The notes beneath the pieces are model-generated. The model saw nothing but the letters and a program-made list of their open reading frames with translations, had not been told where the DNA came from and searched no databases. This document shows positions 10,994 to 23,953 of a stretch of 64,000 bases of DNA, in pieces. Each line of letters starts with the position of its first letter. Position 1 is the first letter of the stretch. The DNA lies in the NCBI RefSeq assembly GCF_036321535.1, contig NC_087436.1, positions 72,666,001 through 72,730,000 on the forward strand, given 5' to 3'. Source of the stretch: Camelus dromedarius (taxonomy: Eukaryota). The position numbers and the translations under genes are program-made.

Positions 10994-13149
10994 TATTTGA
11001 GTGGATGATACCTTGACAATTTTAGCATTTTCTAGATTATCAGGTGCCTGAAGAGTAACGTACAACCACACATGGACAGGCATTTATGGTCATGGTCATT
11101 GGATCATTTAAATATACAATGTGGCCCCTCAATCAAAACGAGTAAGAAAGTTCTGCTCTAAATAATATACATTTCTACCAAACCATGAAGCATCATGCCT
11201 TTTTTTTTCTTTGCTGTAACTTCAAGCTTTCAGGCTTCCCTTGAAGCATAGTAGGACGACAAGTTGAAGCACAATGCAAGATGTCACTAATGTGGTCATT
11301 CATCCTATACACTACAAAAGATTGGGGAAAATTAATCTTCATTTATTTGTTTTCTAGTCTCACCTCTAATAAAGTGACAATAGATACATATCATGTTCCA
11401 CTAATATAATATGTGAAGAACAAATTATACATAAACTGTAAAAAATGCATAAAAGTAATCTTATTCAACTAATTTTAAGAAACATGTACTGATTACCTGC
11501 TATATGCCAGATGCCCTGATAGACAGTAAAATTATACAAAAGCAACAGAAAGCTTAATTTTCCATTTTATAAAGGCAGTCCTGAACTTCCATGCATTAAT
11601 TTTCAATGTCTGCTTTCATGCATTATAAACTTACATCCTTAAACTAAGCTTTAAGAAATCTTATTAGAGCATTTATGGATCAATTTACACGTTTCAAGTC
11701 ATGGTGTGCCAAACTTCCTGTCAACCAAGAATTCAGTTTGGAGTTTATTTCCTTGTTGTTAGTATGACAACTTTTATTTGTGCCATTATTTAAGCATTTT
11801 GTTGTAGTAATACTCAAATATAAAAGTGGGTTGTGCCTCAGTATTACCTTCTGGGGGCAATTCCATAAGATTCTATGTCCTCTGCTTCCATTTTGATCAG
11901 GAATCTCTGCTCCATTTGTGTGTGAATGGTCTTGTAAGGAGGTCCTCATTTGAATAAACTCTTCTGCAACTTAAAAAAAACTAAAAATTACTAATGCCCT
12001 TTTACATTTTTATCATTGTCTCATACAATGAATGGAAAATAGAAAGATCAAAGTGCCAATAACTTAATATAACTAAGTCAAAGATACATACATTATTAGA
12101 CTGCCAAAGAGACAACTTTTTAACTCTGGTCAGAAACGTATTGTGATTAACCAGTATATTGTCTTAACTTGGGAAGAAAATGAATAAAATTAATAAATAC
12201 CATCAAAATTATTTGAAAGAAGAGGCATAATTATGAATCTTGAGCTGTATCTTCACTTTCTGGGAGCAAAACTCTTCCTATATAGGCCCCTGTTTAATTT
12301 TGTCTCCTTCAAACTCATTCTGTATTTCCTTTAAATAAAAAGTAGAGAATACTTGTAACAGGGAATTTTAAAAATAAATTAAAACCATCCTTATTGAAAC
12401 TGTCTTCTTCTTGGTTAGAAAAAAATAAGTCACCTTTTCTGGGGAATGCTGCCCAAGAGAACTTTTGTGAGCTCATCCAGTTGTGATCACTTTGGGAATC
12501 TTAGAGAAAATCAACACACCTCTGCTGGAGGAACAGCTGTAGGAGATAGGTGAGAGGAAAAAGCCCAGAGATCTAGCAAGACATTTAAGGAAAGGTGCTG
12601 TTTGAACTTGTTCTGGGAGGGCCCAGCTGATGAGTTAGATTACCTTTCCAAACACAACAAAAGCTCTTCAGGGCAGAACTGCAGTCCCTGGGTAAGCTTC
12701 CTATTTAAGAGCAGAGAGTGCCTGTGGCATTGGGGCACACCCAAGTCCTCTCACAGCTAGTTCAAGGCTCGAGAGTTAACACAAAAATGGGTCCAAGGCA
12801 AGAGGATTTGACCACAATTATGGGACTAGCAACTAACACAAACGTAGGAGTTGTAGAGAGCGGAAGGAGGTTGGAGTGGGGAGGGAGAAGGGGGGGGGGA
12901 GGAGAGAAATCAGTTAGGAAGGAGGGGTGGGTTAAGAGAAAAATCTGACAACTTGAATCTAACTTGTCCAAAGAAACCACTTCAGATTCAATGACTTTTG
13001 TAGGTTTATTGACTTTCTAGTCTTGTTTTCTCCAATTTTTCTCACTATTTGCCTTGGGATAACAGTGGAAGAGTATGAACTAGGTTCTGAAAGAGATCAT
13101 TTCTCCCAAGAAGTCACCGCAAATAATAGTTTTATTATCAGACAGATCT

Positions 13150-13540
13150 AAGTTTATCATCTCAAATTTGGCCCTTTTCTGGGTAAGTGACCTAGCTTAG
13201 TCCAGGAGCCTCCCTAATTTGAAAACAGAAGAATTGATGGTTACCATTGAAGATGGTTGTAAGCAGATCCCATGCACCCAGTGGACACTCAATAAACAGT
13301 AGGGAAATGAATGAAACCCTAACCCCATAGTCTGGCTGAACAGGTTTGAATTGTCATTACTAGCTTTGTGACCATGGACAAGATATACCACTTTGTCTGC
13401 AGCTAGAAAATGGGGAAGTTATAAAATAGTAAAGTACCTACTTCATGAGGTTGTTATGGGGTTAGCTGGGAAGAAAAAATTATAAAGTATGTATCCCTGG
13501 ACCTGACATATGATAAGAGGTTAGTAAATGCTAGCTCTTG
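13150..13540 (+). mobile_element. Two adjacent MIR fragments
   Basis: gggtaagtgacct...ctcaataaac and ctagctttgtgaccatggacaag...aaaatgggga...tagtaaatgctagct. Confidence 0.7.
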
Positions 13541-14009
13541 TTATTTCTTTTCTCTGTAAAAGCGCTGCCAATGGAGTATATCTGTTAAAGACTCAATTCT
13601 TACCCTTCAAACAGTGTAATAAACGGCTCAACTAAGTAGCGTATTACTTCACAGTATGTCATCAAATGCATGTAAATGGTGATAACAGACTGAGGAGAGG
13701 AGGTATGTCGGAAAGGCCCCTTGTTTCATGATATTTACCACCCAGAGGCAGACCAAACTGAAGGTAAGAATGGACACATACTTAATCTTACTGTACTGGC
13801 ATCAAGAAAAATGGCTCAGATTTTCAGTTGTCCCCATGTCCCTAATTTATTTTAAAAAATCAAACACAAATTATAGGATCACATCTTTATAAAGCATTTT
13901 TGTGACTGTAAAAGGAGAGAGATTTTTTGAGATACGGAAACTAAAAGAGACAGTGGCTGCAATATTTGCAAAACTGAAACCGTTTGTAATCATTTTCTGA
14001 TTACAAAAG

Positions 14010-14170
14010 ATAATAAACTAGGCAGTGCTCTAAACTTTTACATGAATTAGTTTATTTCATCTTTATACTGAATCTATGAGATAAATACTATTATTATAAT
14101 AAACTGAGGAAAATTAGACCTAAAAAGGCTTAGAAATTTCACCAAGCTTACTCAAAACTGAAATTTGAAT
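14010..14170 (-). mobile_element. MIR fragment
   Basis: Antisense MIR tail and core ggcagtgctctaaactttacatgaattag...gaggaaaattaga. Confidence 0.6.
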
Positions 14171-14539
14171 CAACAATTTGAGTTTAATAGAAAAGAGTAT
14201 GAAGTAAAAAAATTAAATATTGTTTGAAAGCATTCAACTGAGTGTCATCACACACAAAACATATACTCCACTACGGTATCCCAGTATCTTAGATTAGGCA
14301 TAGAAATACGTTGTTTGAAACTTGTTGAAAATACTGGGAAATGGCATGAAAAAACATTACAATGTGAGGTAGTATTGACTGCAACTTTAGTGAATGCAAA
14401 TAAGCAATAATCAATAGGCGATTGTGAAACTGAATCAACCCCCAAGGAAGCCAGTTTAAGTCAGACATGACAACTTTCTTCTTTGCCCAACAGCTTAGAA
14501 TAATAAAAAATGGCTACGTTGGTGGAGGAAAATTATCTT

Positions 14540-14750
14540 CCTGGCACTTTCAAAGTGCTTTACACGGATTGTGTAATGACCATCACAAGCCTATGCGCAG
14601 GTATTATTATTCCCCTTTTACTGATGAAGAAGACTGGGCCGCAGAGAGCTTAAGCAATTTAAGCAAGGTGCAGTTAAGTGGCAAAGTTGAAATATGACAC
14701 TGGCAGTCTAATTCAGGACATGTAACTTTAACAACCATATACTGCCACAC
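14540..14750 (-). mobile_element. MIR fragment
   Basis: caggtattattattccccttttactgatgaagaagactg. Confidence 0.65.
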
Positions 14751-15673
14751 CTGAGAGAAGAATCCAAGTGCCAGGTTTTGGCCCCACATGGAGGGGAATT
14801 GGGTTCACAAGGATAAATACAGTAGAGAGTGCTGAATAGACTTTTTAGAAAAAAACGTCTTATAGATAACTGGGCTGAGGCAGAACTGCCTCTGTGACTG
14901 TGTTCCAGTTAGTTTTCTTAGAGGTGTGGCCCTCTGAACTTACTGAATTGTGTTGGGACTTTGTTCCATGTGTTACAATGGCCCTCCTTGGCTCCTTCAC
15001 AAAGTTCTCATCACTGCTTGCCCTTGGTGATATTGGCTTGGCAGTTTCTGAGCACTGAAATGGGGCGAGCTGGGGCATTTCTCTTCCAAGGGCCTTGCTG
15101 TTGGAAGGGTTCAGGGCCTTTTCCTTCTACCCCATTTTCTGTTGCTCGCATATCCCTGCCCTAAGGTATGTTGCTGCACAAATTACTGGCACTGATGGAA
15201 TCCCAGGACACAAGGGAAAACCAGTCATATGCAACATGATGCCAGGTTATACCATTAGTTTAAGGAACTGAAAGAATTAAACAGTCTTTTCTAGGCACTG
15301 CTTTTGACTCCCATTCTAGCCTCACCCTTATAGTCCCCTCATTACCCCACCCCCATCACCAATGTGTTGAAATCCTATTCATCTGAGTGCACTGGACTGG
15401 CTGGACTTAGCTTGAGCACTTCCTTTTAGTTTCCTGGGTTATTTACAAAGTGGGGGTGGCTTCCTCCCTGAGCCACAGATACATGCCTTTGTCCCACGGA
15501 CCAAGTTGTCCTGCTCATAGGTCTGTCACATTTTTCATGATTAGAGCCATGCCTACTGGGGCGTGCTGGAATTCAGACAGGGAAAAGGGAATCAGCTGAA
15601 ATGAAGTTGCCTTGAGGGGGCTTGACAGGGTGAATATTGACTCTGTAGAAAGCAGGTTCTGGGAAAAGCTCAC

Positions 15674-15955
15674 CATCTGGATTCAGGTCTGGTCTCAATA
15701 CCCCTGTCCTTGGCTCTGCTAGAAGAAGGGCAGGACTGAGGAATGTCGGGACATTTTACTGTTCTCAGCATTGGATGAGATTTTGGCCAGCGATTCAGAG
15801 AGGTGTCGGTTTGAGATGACGATGTGACCATGAGAAACAGATTCAGGTTCCAGACGGGCCCCACTTCCCATAGCAAGTCGGGGCAAAATATCAGTACAGT
15901 CGATGAACCACATAATAATAGAGAGAAATGCTGCTCCGGGAGCAATGACTTCAAG
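15674..15955 (-). other. Candidate 282-nt exon, CpG-enriched
   Basis: tctgtttctgctgtccttccttaag|CTTGAAG...CCAGATG|gtgagc. About 8 CpGs; no known protein recognised. Confidence 0.35.
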
Positions 15956-16499
15956 CTTAAGGAAGGACAGCAGAAACAGATCCATCCCTCTCCTTCAGAC
16001 ACTAGGAACAAGCACTCTTTGACCCAAAATCTGGGAAGGACTGAATCTACATCTGAAGGAAAACAGGGAGGAGACCGGGACTGGACAGCCCTCCAGCTCA
16101 CACTCTGCCAATCCAAAGGAGGCCTGCCTTCTCTTCTGTATACACAACTCAGCACCCTACAGTCTCACTTTGAAACTAAGCTGGAAATTTCTGGGTTCAG
16201 CTCTATAAATCTTCTAGCTCTCTCTTCTCATTCCTTTGTCCTTGGTTTATTGTTTTCCTGTGGAATTTATTTCCTGCACCCTAGATTTGGGACTATTTAT
16301 TTTACCTTTTTTCCAGAACACAGACCATCTCTGAAAATTCTTGAGCTTCTTCTGTAGGACCTCTTCGTCTTGCCACATCTTCTTTTCTTCATAGTTGGCA
16401 CTATCTACCCAAGTTACCCAGCTCACCTCAGACTTACGCCCCTGTCTCTTCTTGGGAGAGGAGGGTGGGGTCAACACATTGCTCTGACTCATTTTTGTG

Positions 16500-16900
16500 A
16501 CAATTCTGCCTTCCCCTTGAAGGCTGGGATGGCATCTCAACCAGTACTTTCCAAAGAGAACCTTTATTCCTAAGACTGCTGTCTTCCTTATTTCTGTCCA
16601 CTGACTGCATACATTTCCCCCTCTTTTCTCCTTTCTTTATTGAATATTAAATCAAAATTATATTAGCTATATCCAAATAAAACTTCTTACACCCATTCCC
16701 TATTTTTCATCCCAATTGCTGTTGTGTAGCCCCAAATATCTCTTACTTAAAGAGTCGCAAAGCCTTCTGCAGAATTTCCTGCATCTCAACCCTTTCCTAC
16801 ACCTCCCTCCAATTAATCTTTCATAGAACTGCCTGGTTAATATTACTGGAACAAATCCCTGATCTTATAATTTTCCTGCTTAAAAATCCAATGCCATCAT
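16500..16900 (+). mobile_element. L2 fragment
   Basis: Pyrimidine-rich L2-like sequence, e.g. ctgatcttataattttcctgcttaaaaatcc. Confidence 0.5.
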
Positions 16901-17436
16901 TCTCTGATATTTCTTAAATGACTACCTGTTCCCGCATACTCATTATCTGCCTGAAAACCTAAAGTAGAAACATATAATCCTGAGAGTATGCTCCAGCATC
17001 ATTTCTGGGACTCACTCTCTTATTTTCCTGCAGATCTGGTCCCCCATCAATACCCTGCCATCACCACTATATTTAGCACAGCAACTTCTACACAGGGTAC
17101 AGAATATTAAGTTTTCAAGTTATGGCCAACATCCCTATTCTCAGCTACCTCTGTGTGGTCAGGATAATCTGGCTCCTGGAATCAAAATACTGCTTCTTAC
17201 TCAATGCTTAAGCATGTCTGAAAGTTCTTATTTTAGGTGATGATTTTTCGAGACAAGTGTGGTCTGGAACAGTAGTGCTAGATCGATGTGAGAAATTTGC
17301 CTTAGATTCTGTCTATTCAGCAACTTTCCAAGGTGTTGCAGCAGGACGGCAATTTTAATAAGAGATTCAGAGATGTTCTGGGCACCTTCATGCAACCCCA
17401 CCCCCTCCAGGAAGCGCTGTCATTGTGGGTACTTAC

Positions 17437-17623
17437 CAGCCCCAGTGAATGGAGTGTTCCCACACTGCCAGGCAATGAATCATGACAGGAACCAAAATTT
17501 TTTTCTTCACCCATACTCCATCTGGGACCTTGTACATATATCTCAGCCTATTAGCATCTTTTCAACTCTTATTCATAGCAATGATATGGGAATTGATGAA
17601 CTGAAGGAAATGCATTGATAAAA
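17437..17623 (-). other. Candidate exon with strong splice sites
   Basis: ctctctccatctccccctttccctcttag|TTTTATC...GGGGCTG|gtaagt. Stops in all frames in the 5' part. Confidence 0.4.
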
Positions 17624-18547
17624 CTAAGAGGGAAAGGGGGGAGATGGAGAGAGAAAAGGTCCTATGATCTTGATAACTTTATATATGTAATTAAGGCTCC
17701 CTTAAATCTGGGCAACTTGACAGCTTAGTTTGATCTCTTTACCGTGCCAATGAAAATGTTCTGCAATTCTCCTTAAGCTGTCGACAGGCTGTTAAAACAG
17801 GGCAATGTGCCCTCATCTAACCCGCCTCAGCTTGAGTTTTGCTCATGGCCCTGAGTCCTTGGCCTTGCCAAGGGAAGGCGTAGCTTTGGGAAAGTGCACC
17901 AAGTTCACAGTCTTGAAGTTATAGAACACAGGGATCAAAGAACCTGGGCTCCTGTGCATGGGCACAATAAGCAGGCCCTGGCACTGGTAGGTAGGAGATA
18001 TGCTGCCTATAAATAGGCTGCAAAAGGATGTAAGAGCGTTAAAAAAAAGTAGGTCAAAGGCTCTGAAAGCTTCAGTTTCCATGTTTGGGTATATTTACAT
18101 GTGTTTGGGCGGTGAAAGTCACTCTGGGCCAAGAGCCATCCAACTCTAGCAGATTTTACTGTGGCCCAGTCATCATTTAATTTAATTTGAAGGGAACGTA
18201 TAGTCCTGGCTTCATGAGCTTTGTTGGTAAAGTAGTGATGAGTTTGCTGCAATAATGATAGGATAAATGCGATAAACTTTTGAACATAAACATGATGGTA
18301 AGGAAGAGAAAAAGAAACAACAATTAAGATTGTTTCTTTTTTTCTAAACAAAACTAAATAAGAACCATATTTCAAATCCCTTTTATGCTGGAATCAAGAA
18401 CCTACAGACAAAAATCTGTTCTAAAGCGTTACCCTAAACCCTCGTACAGTCATAGAAGTTAACTTCATAAGAATCAGAGAACAAAATGCATATATAATCC
18501 AAATATTCTCAAGCCCCATATGAAATTGCCTTCATATTAATATTCAT

Positions 18548-19480
18548 CAGGTACATAATTTGTGGAGCTCAGTGCAAAGTGAAAATGAGGGTTGGCTTGT
18601 TCAAAGAGGAGGAAAAAAATGCCATTATAGGAACTGAGATCCAAAGCTTGTTCATCTCCTCTGCAGTCTTTCTTTTGACCTATCGTGGTGTTTTGTTTTG
18701 TTTTTGTTTTAACTGAAATACAGTTGGTTTACAATGGTATGTTAGTTTCTAGTGTACAGCATAGTGGTTCAGTTATACATATATATATATTTCTTTTCAT
18801 ATTATTTTTTATTATAAGTTATTGCAAGATATTGAATATAGTTCCCTGTTCTGTATGCTAAGACTTTGTTATTTATCTACTTTATCTACAGTAGTTAGTA
18901 TCTGCAAATCTTGAACTCCCAATTTAACCCTCTATCGTCTTTTTCCCCCTGGTAACCATAAATTTATTTTCTATGTTTGTGAATTTGTGAGTTTCTCTGT
19001 TTTGTAAATAAGTTCATTTGTGTCATTTTTTTACATTCCACATATAAGTGATATCCTATGACATTTTTCTTTCTCTTTTTGGCTACTTCACTTAGTACAT
19101 CACAGTGTTTTTAAATGTCTTTTGTAAAAGTAAAATTGTATATTATTAGGTTGAATTTTATCCTTCATGTTTATGTTGTGCAACACTGATTTTTAAAAGG
19201 AAATGTAATAGCACTTTCATTGTTTGCAGAAACAGTGAAATTACACAATTCTTCCTTTGTAGCTCACACATGTATGTGCAATTCTTTGTTTCCAGAATAG
19301 GGGAAACACTGGGCAAAAGTAACTCAACTGTTTTTGTTTCACTTCTTGATATGCACACATTCTGCCAAGTCTTTACCTTCAGCTTACAGATGGATAGGGA
19401 AGGACTGAGACAAAGAACTATGGCTGGCCTTATCTTTCCTTTTCCTTCCAAGCCATTATTTTTAGTGTAAGTAGTTGGCT
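18548..19480 (-). mobile_element. hAT (MER45/Zaphod-like) DNA transposon remnant interrupted by an L1
   Basis: tacataatttgtggagctcagtgcaaagtgaaaatg...cttgttcaaa matches the MER45-type terminus. Confidence 0.55.
18695..19098 (-). mobile_element. L1 3'UTR fragment
   Basis: Antisense L1 3' end (gttggtttacaatg...gatattgaatatagttccctg...cttcacttag). TSD-like 18682-18694 and 19099-19111. Confidence 0.9.
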
Positions 19481-19949
19481 AATATAAGGAATTACACAAG
19501 AAAGAAAGGATACTGTATATTGTGCTGAGTTCCTTGGGCCTCAAAAATTTCCCACATATCAGCAATGTAGTTACAATTAAAAAAGTTGAAAACAAGAGTT
19601 AAGAAAATAAAGTGATGAGACAAGTTTCACAGGTTAGTATGATATGTTAAGAAGGCAGTAGAGAGAACTGAAGAATTTTGGAGGAGGGAGAGAAAATGGA
19701 GAGTGGGAAAAAAATCAACATCATCAATAAATTCATCCTCATCAAATTTGCAACAACAAGAAACAATAGTCTCTTGCACAAAAATTTTTTAATCATGGTT
19801 GGCATTTAGAAAAGATGGACAGAAAAGCTAATGGTAGGGTCAAGGTGACAAGAATGAAGATAGAAAGATAGTCCTGGAGTAGAGTGCAAAATTTTAGCTG
19901 AAGCATTTCAGCTTTACTACTATAACCATTGCCACTATTAGTCAGAAAA

Positions 19950-20130
19950 TAGTAAGAGCTATCTTTTGGTGGTTCCCCCATGACCATGATTATCCCTTAT
20001 GTGAATTAATTTACCCCTAATCTTCATGATGAGACATGAGTTAGGTACTGTTAATTAGACTCATTTTCAGAAAAGAGGAAATTATGTTAAGAAACTTGCC
20101 CATGGCCTGGTGGCTGGAAAATGGAGGTAC
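19950..20130 (-). mobile_element. MIR fragment
   Basis: cattttcagaaaagaggaaatt...gttaagaaacttgcccatgg. Confidence 0.6.
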
Positions 20131-20609
20131 CAGAGTGTTTGAGGATAAATAATTGGAGCTTTTGTAGAACAGGAGTGACAGAATAAGACACAGTGAAATC
20201 TGTCAATAATGTGTAGGACCCATCCAGGTGGGACTGCCCAGAGGCAGTTGTCAAAGGTATTGAAATACATAGATGTGAAAATTTAAAAGTATGAATGAAG
20301 GAGGAGCAATGGACATGGGAAAGGTAAAGAAAATGTAAGAAATCAAGCAACAGAAAAATCAACAGTTTTGAGGGCTGGATGTATCATAGACTGAAAGATA
20401 GCTGAGACTCGAAGATTATCACTTTATACAAAGGTATATTAATCCAAGCCTGTCCCACTTTGTGAACAAAAGGATTAACTGACAATTTGGGGAAGTAAGG
20501 AATTTATGCTGAAGCGTCAGCACTTCCGTTCATCTAACATTTGTTCATGTATTCCTTTAATTAAAAAGTATTTAAGTGCTGTCCAAGATACTGAAACAAC
20601 CAACATTTC

Positions 20610-20923
20610 TTTTTTTTTCATTTTTTTATTGTATTAGAAATTAAAAAAATTGAAGTATAGTCAGTTTACAATGTTGTGTCAATTTCTGGTGTACAGCATA
20701 AAGGTTCAATCATACATATACATACATATATTTGTTTTCATATTCTTTTTCATTATAAGTTACCACAAGATAGATATTGAATATAGTTCCCTGTGCTATA
20801 CAACCGGACCTTGTTTATTTTATATACAGTAGTTAATATCTGCAAATCTCGATCTTCCAATTTATCCCTTCCTACTCCCTTCCCCCTGGTAACCATGTTT
20901 ATCTTCTGTGTCTGTGAGTCTGT
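20610..20923 (-). mobile_element. L1 3'UTR fragment
   Basis: Poly-T followed by ttgaagtatagtcagtttacaatgttgtg...tgtgagtctgt. TSD-like aacaaccaacatttc / aacagcctatatttc. Confidence 0.9.
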
Positions 20924-20939
20924 AACAGCCTATATTTCA

Positions 20940-21560
20940 ATCAACATTTATTTGTTGACCACTTAAAATCTAAGTACTAGAATAGCAAGATGAGCAAGGT
21001 AGATAAAGTCCCTATTTTCAAGAAGCTTACTGATTATTGTAGAAGAAATAAAATAGGAACAAATCAGAAAGAAAAAAAAATAAAGATAGCCACCACTCAC
21101 CCCAATGATATCAGAATGTCAAAAAATAAATAATATAACAAAAAAATCAGATAATATTAGAAAATATAGGTGCCACAAAAAAAAAGTCAGTTATAAAGCA
21201 GAGTAACATGACTGAGAGTGATTAGGAAGTAGCCAATTTAGCTAAGAATGATCAGGGTCACCTGAGGAGATGACAGCTGAGCTGAAATTTGAATGATGAA
21301 AAGGCAGCCACGATGGTGAATAACTTTGGTGCAAAAGTCCCAATGGGTGAAAGAAGCTTGGTGTGTTTGAGAAACAGAAGGACCAGTTAGGCTGGAGATG
21401 GGGAGGGAGAGCGAAGCCTGGATGAGTTAAACTTGGAGTTGGGCAGCAGCCAGGTCATTCAAACCTAGGAGACCCAATTTCTCCATCCAAGCAACTCATA
21501 GCCTAGTGCAGGAGGCAGACTTATAAACAAATGTTTACTCTACACTCCAGCGTGATAAAT
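20940..21560 (-). mobile_element. L2 fragment
   Basis: tcaacatttatttgttgacc tail and cctgaggagatgacagctgagctgaaatttgaatgatga. Confidence 0.65.
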
Positions 21561-21931
21561 GCTCCGATAGCAACCTACACCGGTGATAAGTAAGCAGGGG
21601 TCAGTTGTTACATCCTGTGGCCTTCCTGCACGTGGACCACCCAACTCCGATAGTGCCCTCCTTCACTTTGACTCCAAGGCACCCCCCTGCACCCTCCACC
21701 CATTATTCTGACTGCCCCTCTGAACTGGCAGGCAAAGAGAAGAATTGGGCTTGTTGCCTAGAAATCGCTCTGAGCCCTTGGGAAGAGAAGCACTCAGTAA
21801 ACAAGGCCCAGGATTATCTCACTGCTTTATGAGATCAAAGCACTTTACAAACATTAACTAATTGAGCGTATCATGTGGCAGAATGTCGGTGTTGTAACGA
21901 GGCTCTGTTTAAGCTCTTTATTCTTTCTTAG

Positions 21932-21952
21932 ATGCCTGAGTCCTCTTGGAAG
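21932..21952 (+). other. Candidate 21-nt microexon
   Basis: ctctttattctttcttag|ATGCCTGAGTCCTCTTGGAAG|gtatga in a CpG-containing unique block. Confidence 0.3.
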
Positions 21953-22264
21953 GTATGAGTTCCACATTGACTTCACGGACAGAAAGCCTTTATTTGTTCC
22001 TCGGTCTCCACTGCTAGAGAACTTTGTCTCAGCTTGGGGAGCGGGGGAGTTTGGTGAGAATGGTACTTGCGGGAACATTAAGTTCATTACCCCACAGCCC
22101 ATTTGAGAATGTTTAAGCTAGAGCTCTCAGCTAATGAAAGTAAGACTATAGGATCCAACACCATGGACCTGTACTCTTTGCAATGTTCTGGAAACTCAGT
22201 GGCACCTCTAATCTTGGCCAAATATCTCAAATATATATGTGTTATAAGAGAGACTTAGAAAGAA

Positions 22265-22422
22265 AGCACCACCAGAGCCATGCTTCAGAATCACTTGTTG
22301 GCTTGTTGAAAATGCACGTCGCTGGAACCCTCTCAAGAGCTATTGAATCAGAATTCCAGGAATCTCTATTTTAATAAGTTCCCTGGTTGTTCCTTATGTA
22401 TGTGCAATTGACAACTACTGCA
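22265..22422. mobile_element. MER5-type hAT-Charlie MITE
   Basis: tcagaatcac...ttgttgaaaatgca...gaatcagaattcc...ttttaataagttccctggt...aactactg. Confidence 0.7.
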
Positions 22423-22449
22423 GAAAAATGAACTCAAATCTCAGGTCAA

Positions 22450-22710
22450 TTTATTTCCATTCAGTACATTTTTATTAAACACCTATCTAGTGCAAGGCAG
22501 TAAGAGAGAAAAAGAAGACCCAGTTTTAGCTCAAGAAATATACATTCTAGTAGGAGGGAAAAAACAGAATCCAGGTGATGTTAATGCAAGACAGAGAATA
22601 AGAATATGCAGAATATTGGGATGGTTCAGAGTAGGCAGGACTGATACTCATTTAGGGTCCAAGGAATGAAAAGTGCAGGCTTCCCAGTTGGACTTTGAGG
22701 GATGATAAAG
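22450..22710 (-). mobile_element. L2 3' fragment
   Basis: ttccattcagtacatttttattaaacacctat...ctcaagaaatatacattctagtagg. Confidence 0.55.
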
Positions 22711-22711
22711 T

Positions 22712-22823
22712 TCAGGATTTGCAGATACTAACTACCATATAAAAAATAGATAAGAACAAGGTCTTACTGTGCAGCACATGGGAACTATATTCAATACCTT
22801 ATAATAGCCTATGATGAAAAATA

Positions 22824-22855
<32 letters not shown>

Positions 22856-22930
22856 GTATAACAATCACTATGCTGTACACCAGAAGTTAACACAATATTG
22901 TAAATCGATCATATATCAATTTAAAAAAAA
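22712..22930 (+). mobile_element. L1 extreme 3' end with (TA)n and A tail
   Basis: gatttgcagatactaacta...gggaactatattcaata...tgctgtacaccagaa...ttaaaaaaaa. Confidence 0.9.
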
Positions 22931-22949
22931 GATTTCAACTGATTACAAC

Positions 22950-23130
22950 TTAATGATCAGAAGCATGGGCTTTGAGGTGAGAAAGCCCTGGATTCTGATT
23001 GTGGCCCTACCACCTCACTGTGTAATCTTGTGCAAGTCACCTAACATTTCTGTGTTAGTTTATTCATCTATAAAAATGAGAGGGCTGGCAAGATGGCTTG
23101 AGGTCCTTTCTAGTTAAAAACTGCATTACT
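22950..23130 (+). mobile_element. MIR SINE
   Basis: ctgtgtaatcttgtgcaagtcacctaacatttctgtgttagtttattcatctataaaaatgag. Confidence 0.75.
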
Positions 23131-23953
23131 CTGGCTTTATCTGCCTCAGTGATCTAGGGGTAGGTATGTTGGCTCTTCAGACTGACTGGATGAAGACCAT
23201 GAGATGTGTAGTGCGCTTGGCAGTGAGAGCTGTGTGCCGGGTGGAGAGGTGTGTTGAAGCCAGCACCCCCTTAGGCTGGACTCCCAGACAGGTTTGGTGA
23301 GAAGGAGACTGCTGCTTGTGTAGTGTCTGTCACTGCCAGTTTAAAGTTGTTTACTTCTTATTAAATACTCACAGCAAGGAAAAAATCCCAAGTTCTATTG
23401 CTGCTGCTGCCTCACGATTCGTTCTCCTAGAAATAAACAGATTTCCTCGCAAGAAAGGTCAGTTAAGCTGCCATAGATAATAATGAGCTAAGATGAATAA
23501 AAGGATTGGGAGGAAACATTCTGAGTGGGATCTTTGTCCTGGGTGGATGTAGACCCTTAGGGAGACAGGGATCAGGCAAGCAGCGATGAGTTTGCTGGCG
23601 ATTTACCATGGCTGTTTCTTTTCCTCCAAATTCATCTACCACCCAGATCTTAGTGAGAAATAGTTCTCTTCCTTCCTTCATTTTAGGGATGGAGGCTTTG
23701 TAGGGCATGATGGGGGGGTGGTTTGTAAAATAAGAATTAGGCTACCAATTCTTCTGGTGCTACTTCTGAGCCTTCTGGAGAATGACTATTGTCTTCCTGG
23801 TCAAGCAGTACCTAAGTATTTAATCTCTTCCTCATTCATTAAGAGGGGAGAGGAGAAGTCAATCTTCTGAGTTTCTCAAGGTAGATAGTGTGGTTTGAAA
23901 GCCTTTGAACAACTTTCAGAGTTTTTGGGTTAATGATTTAAAAAGCCTTCAAG

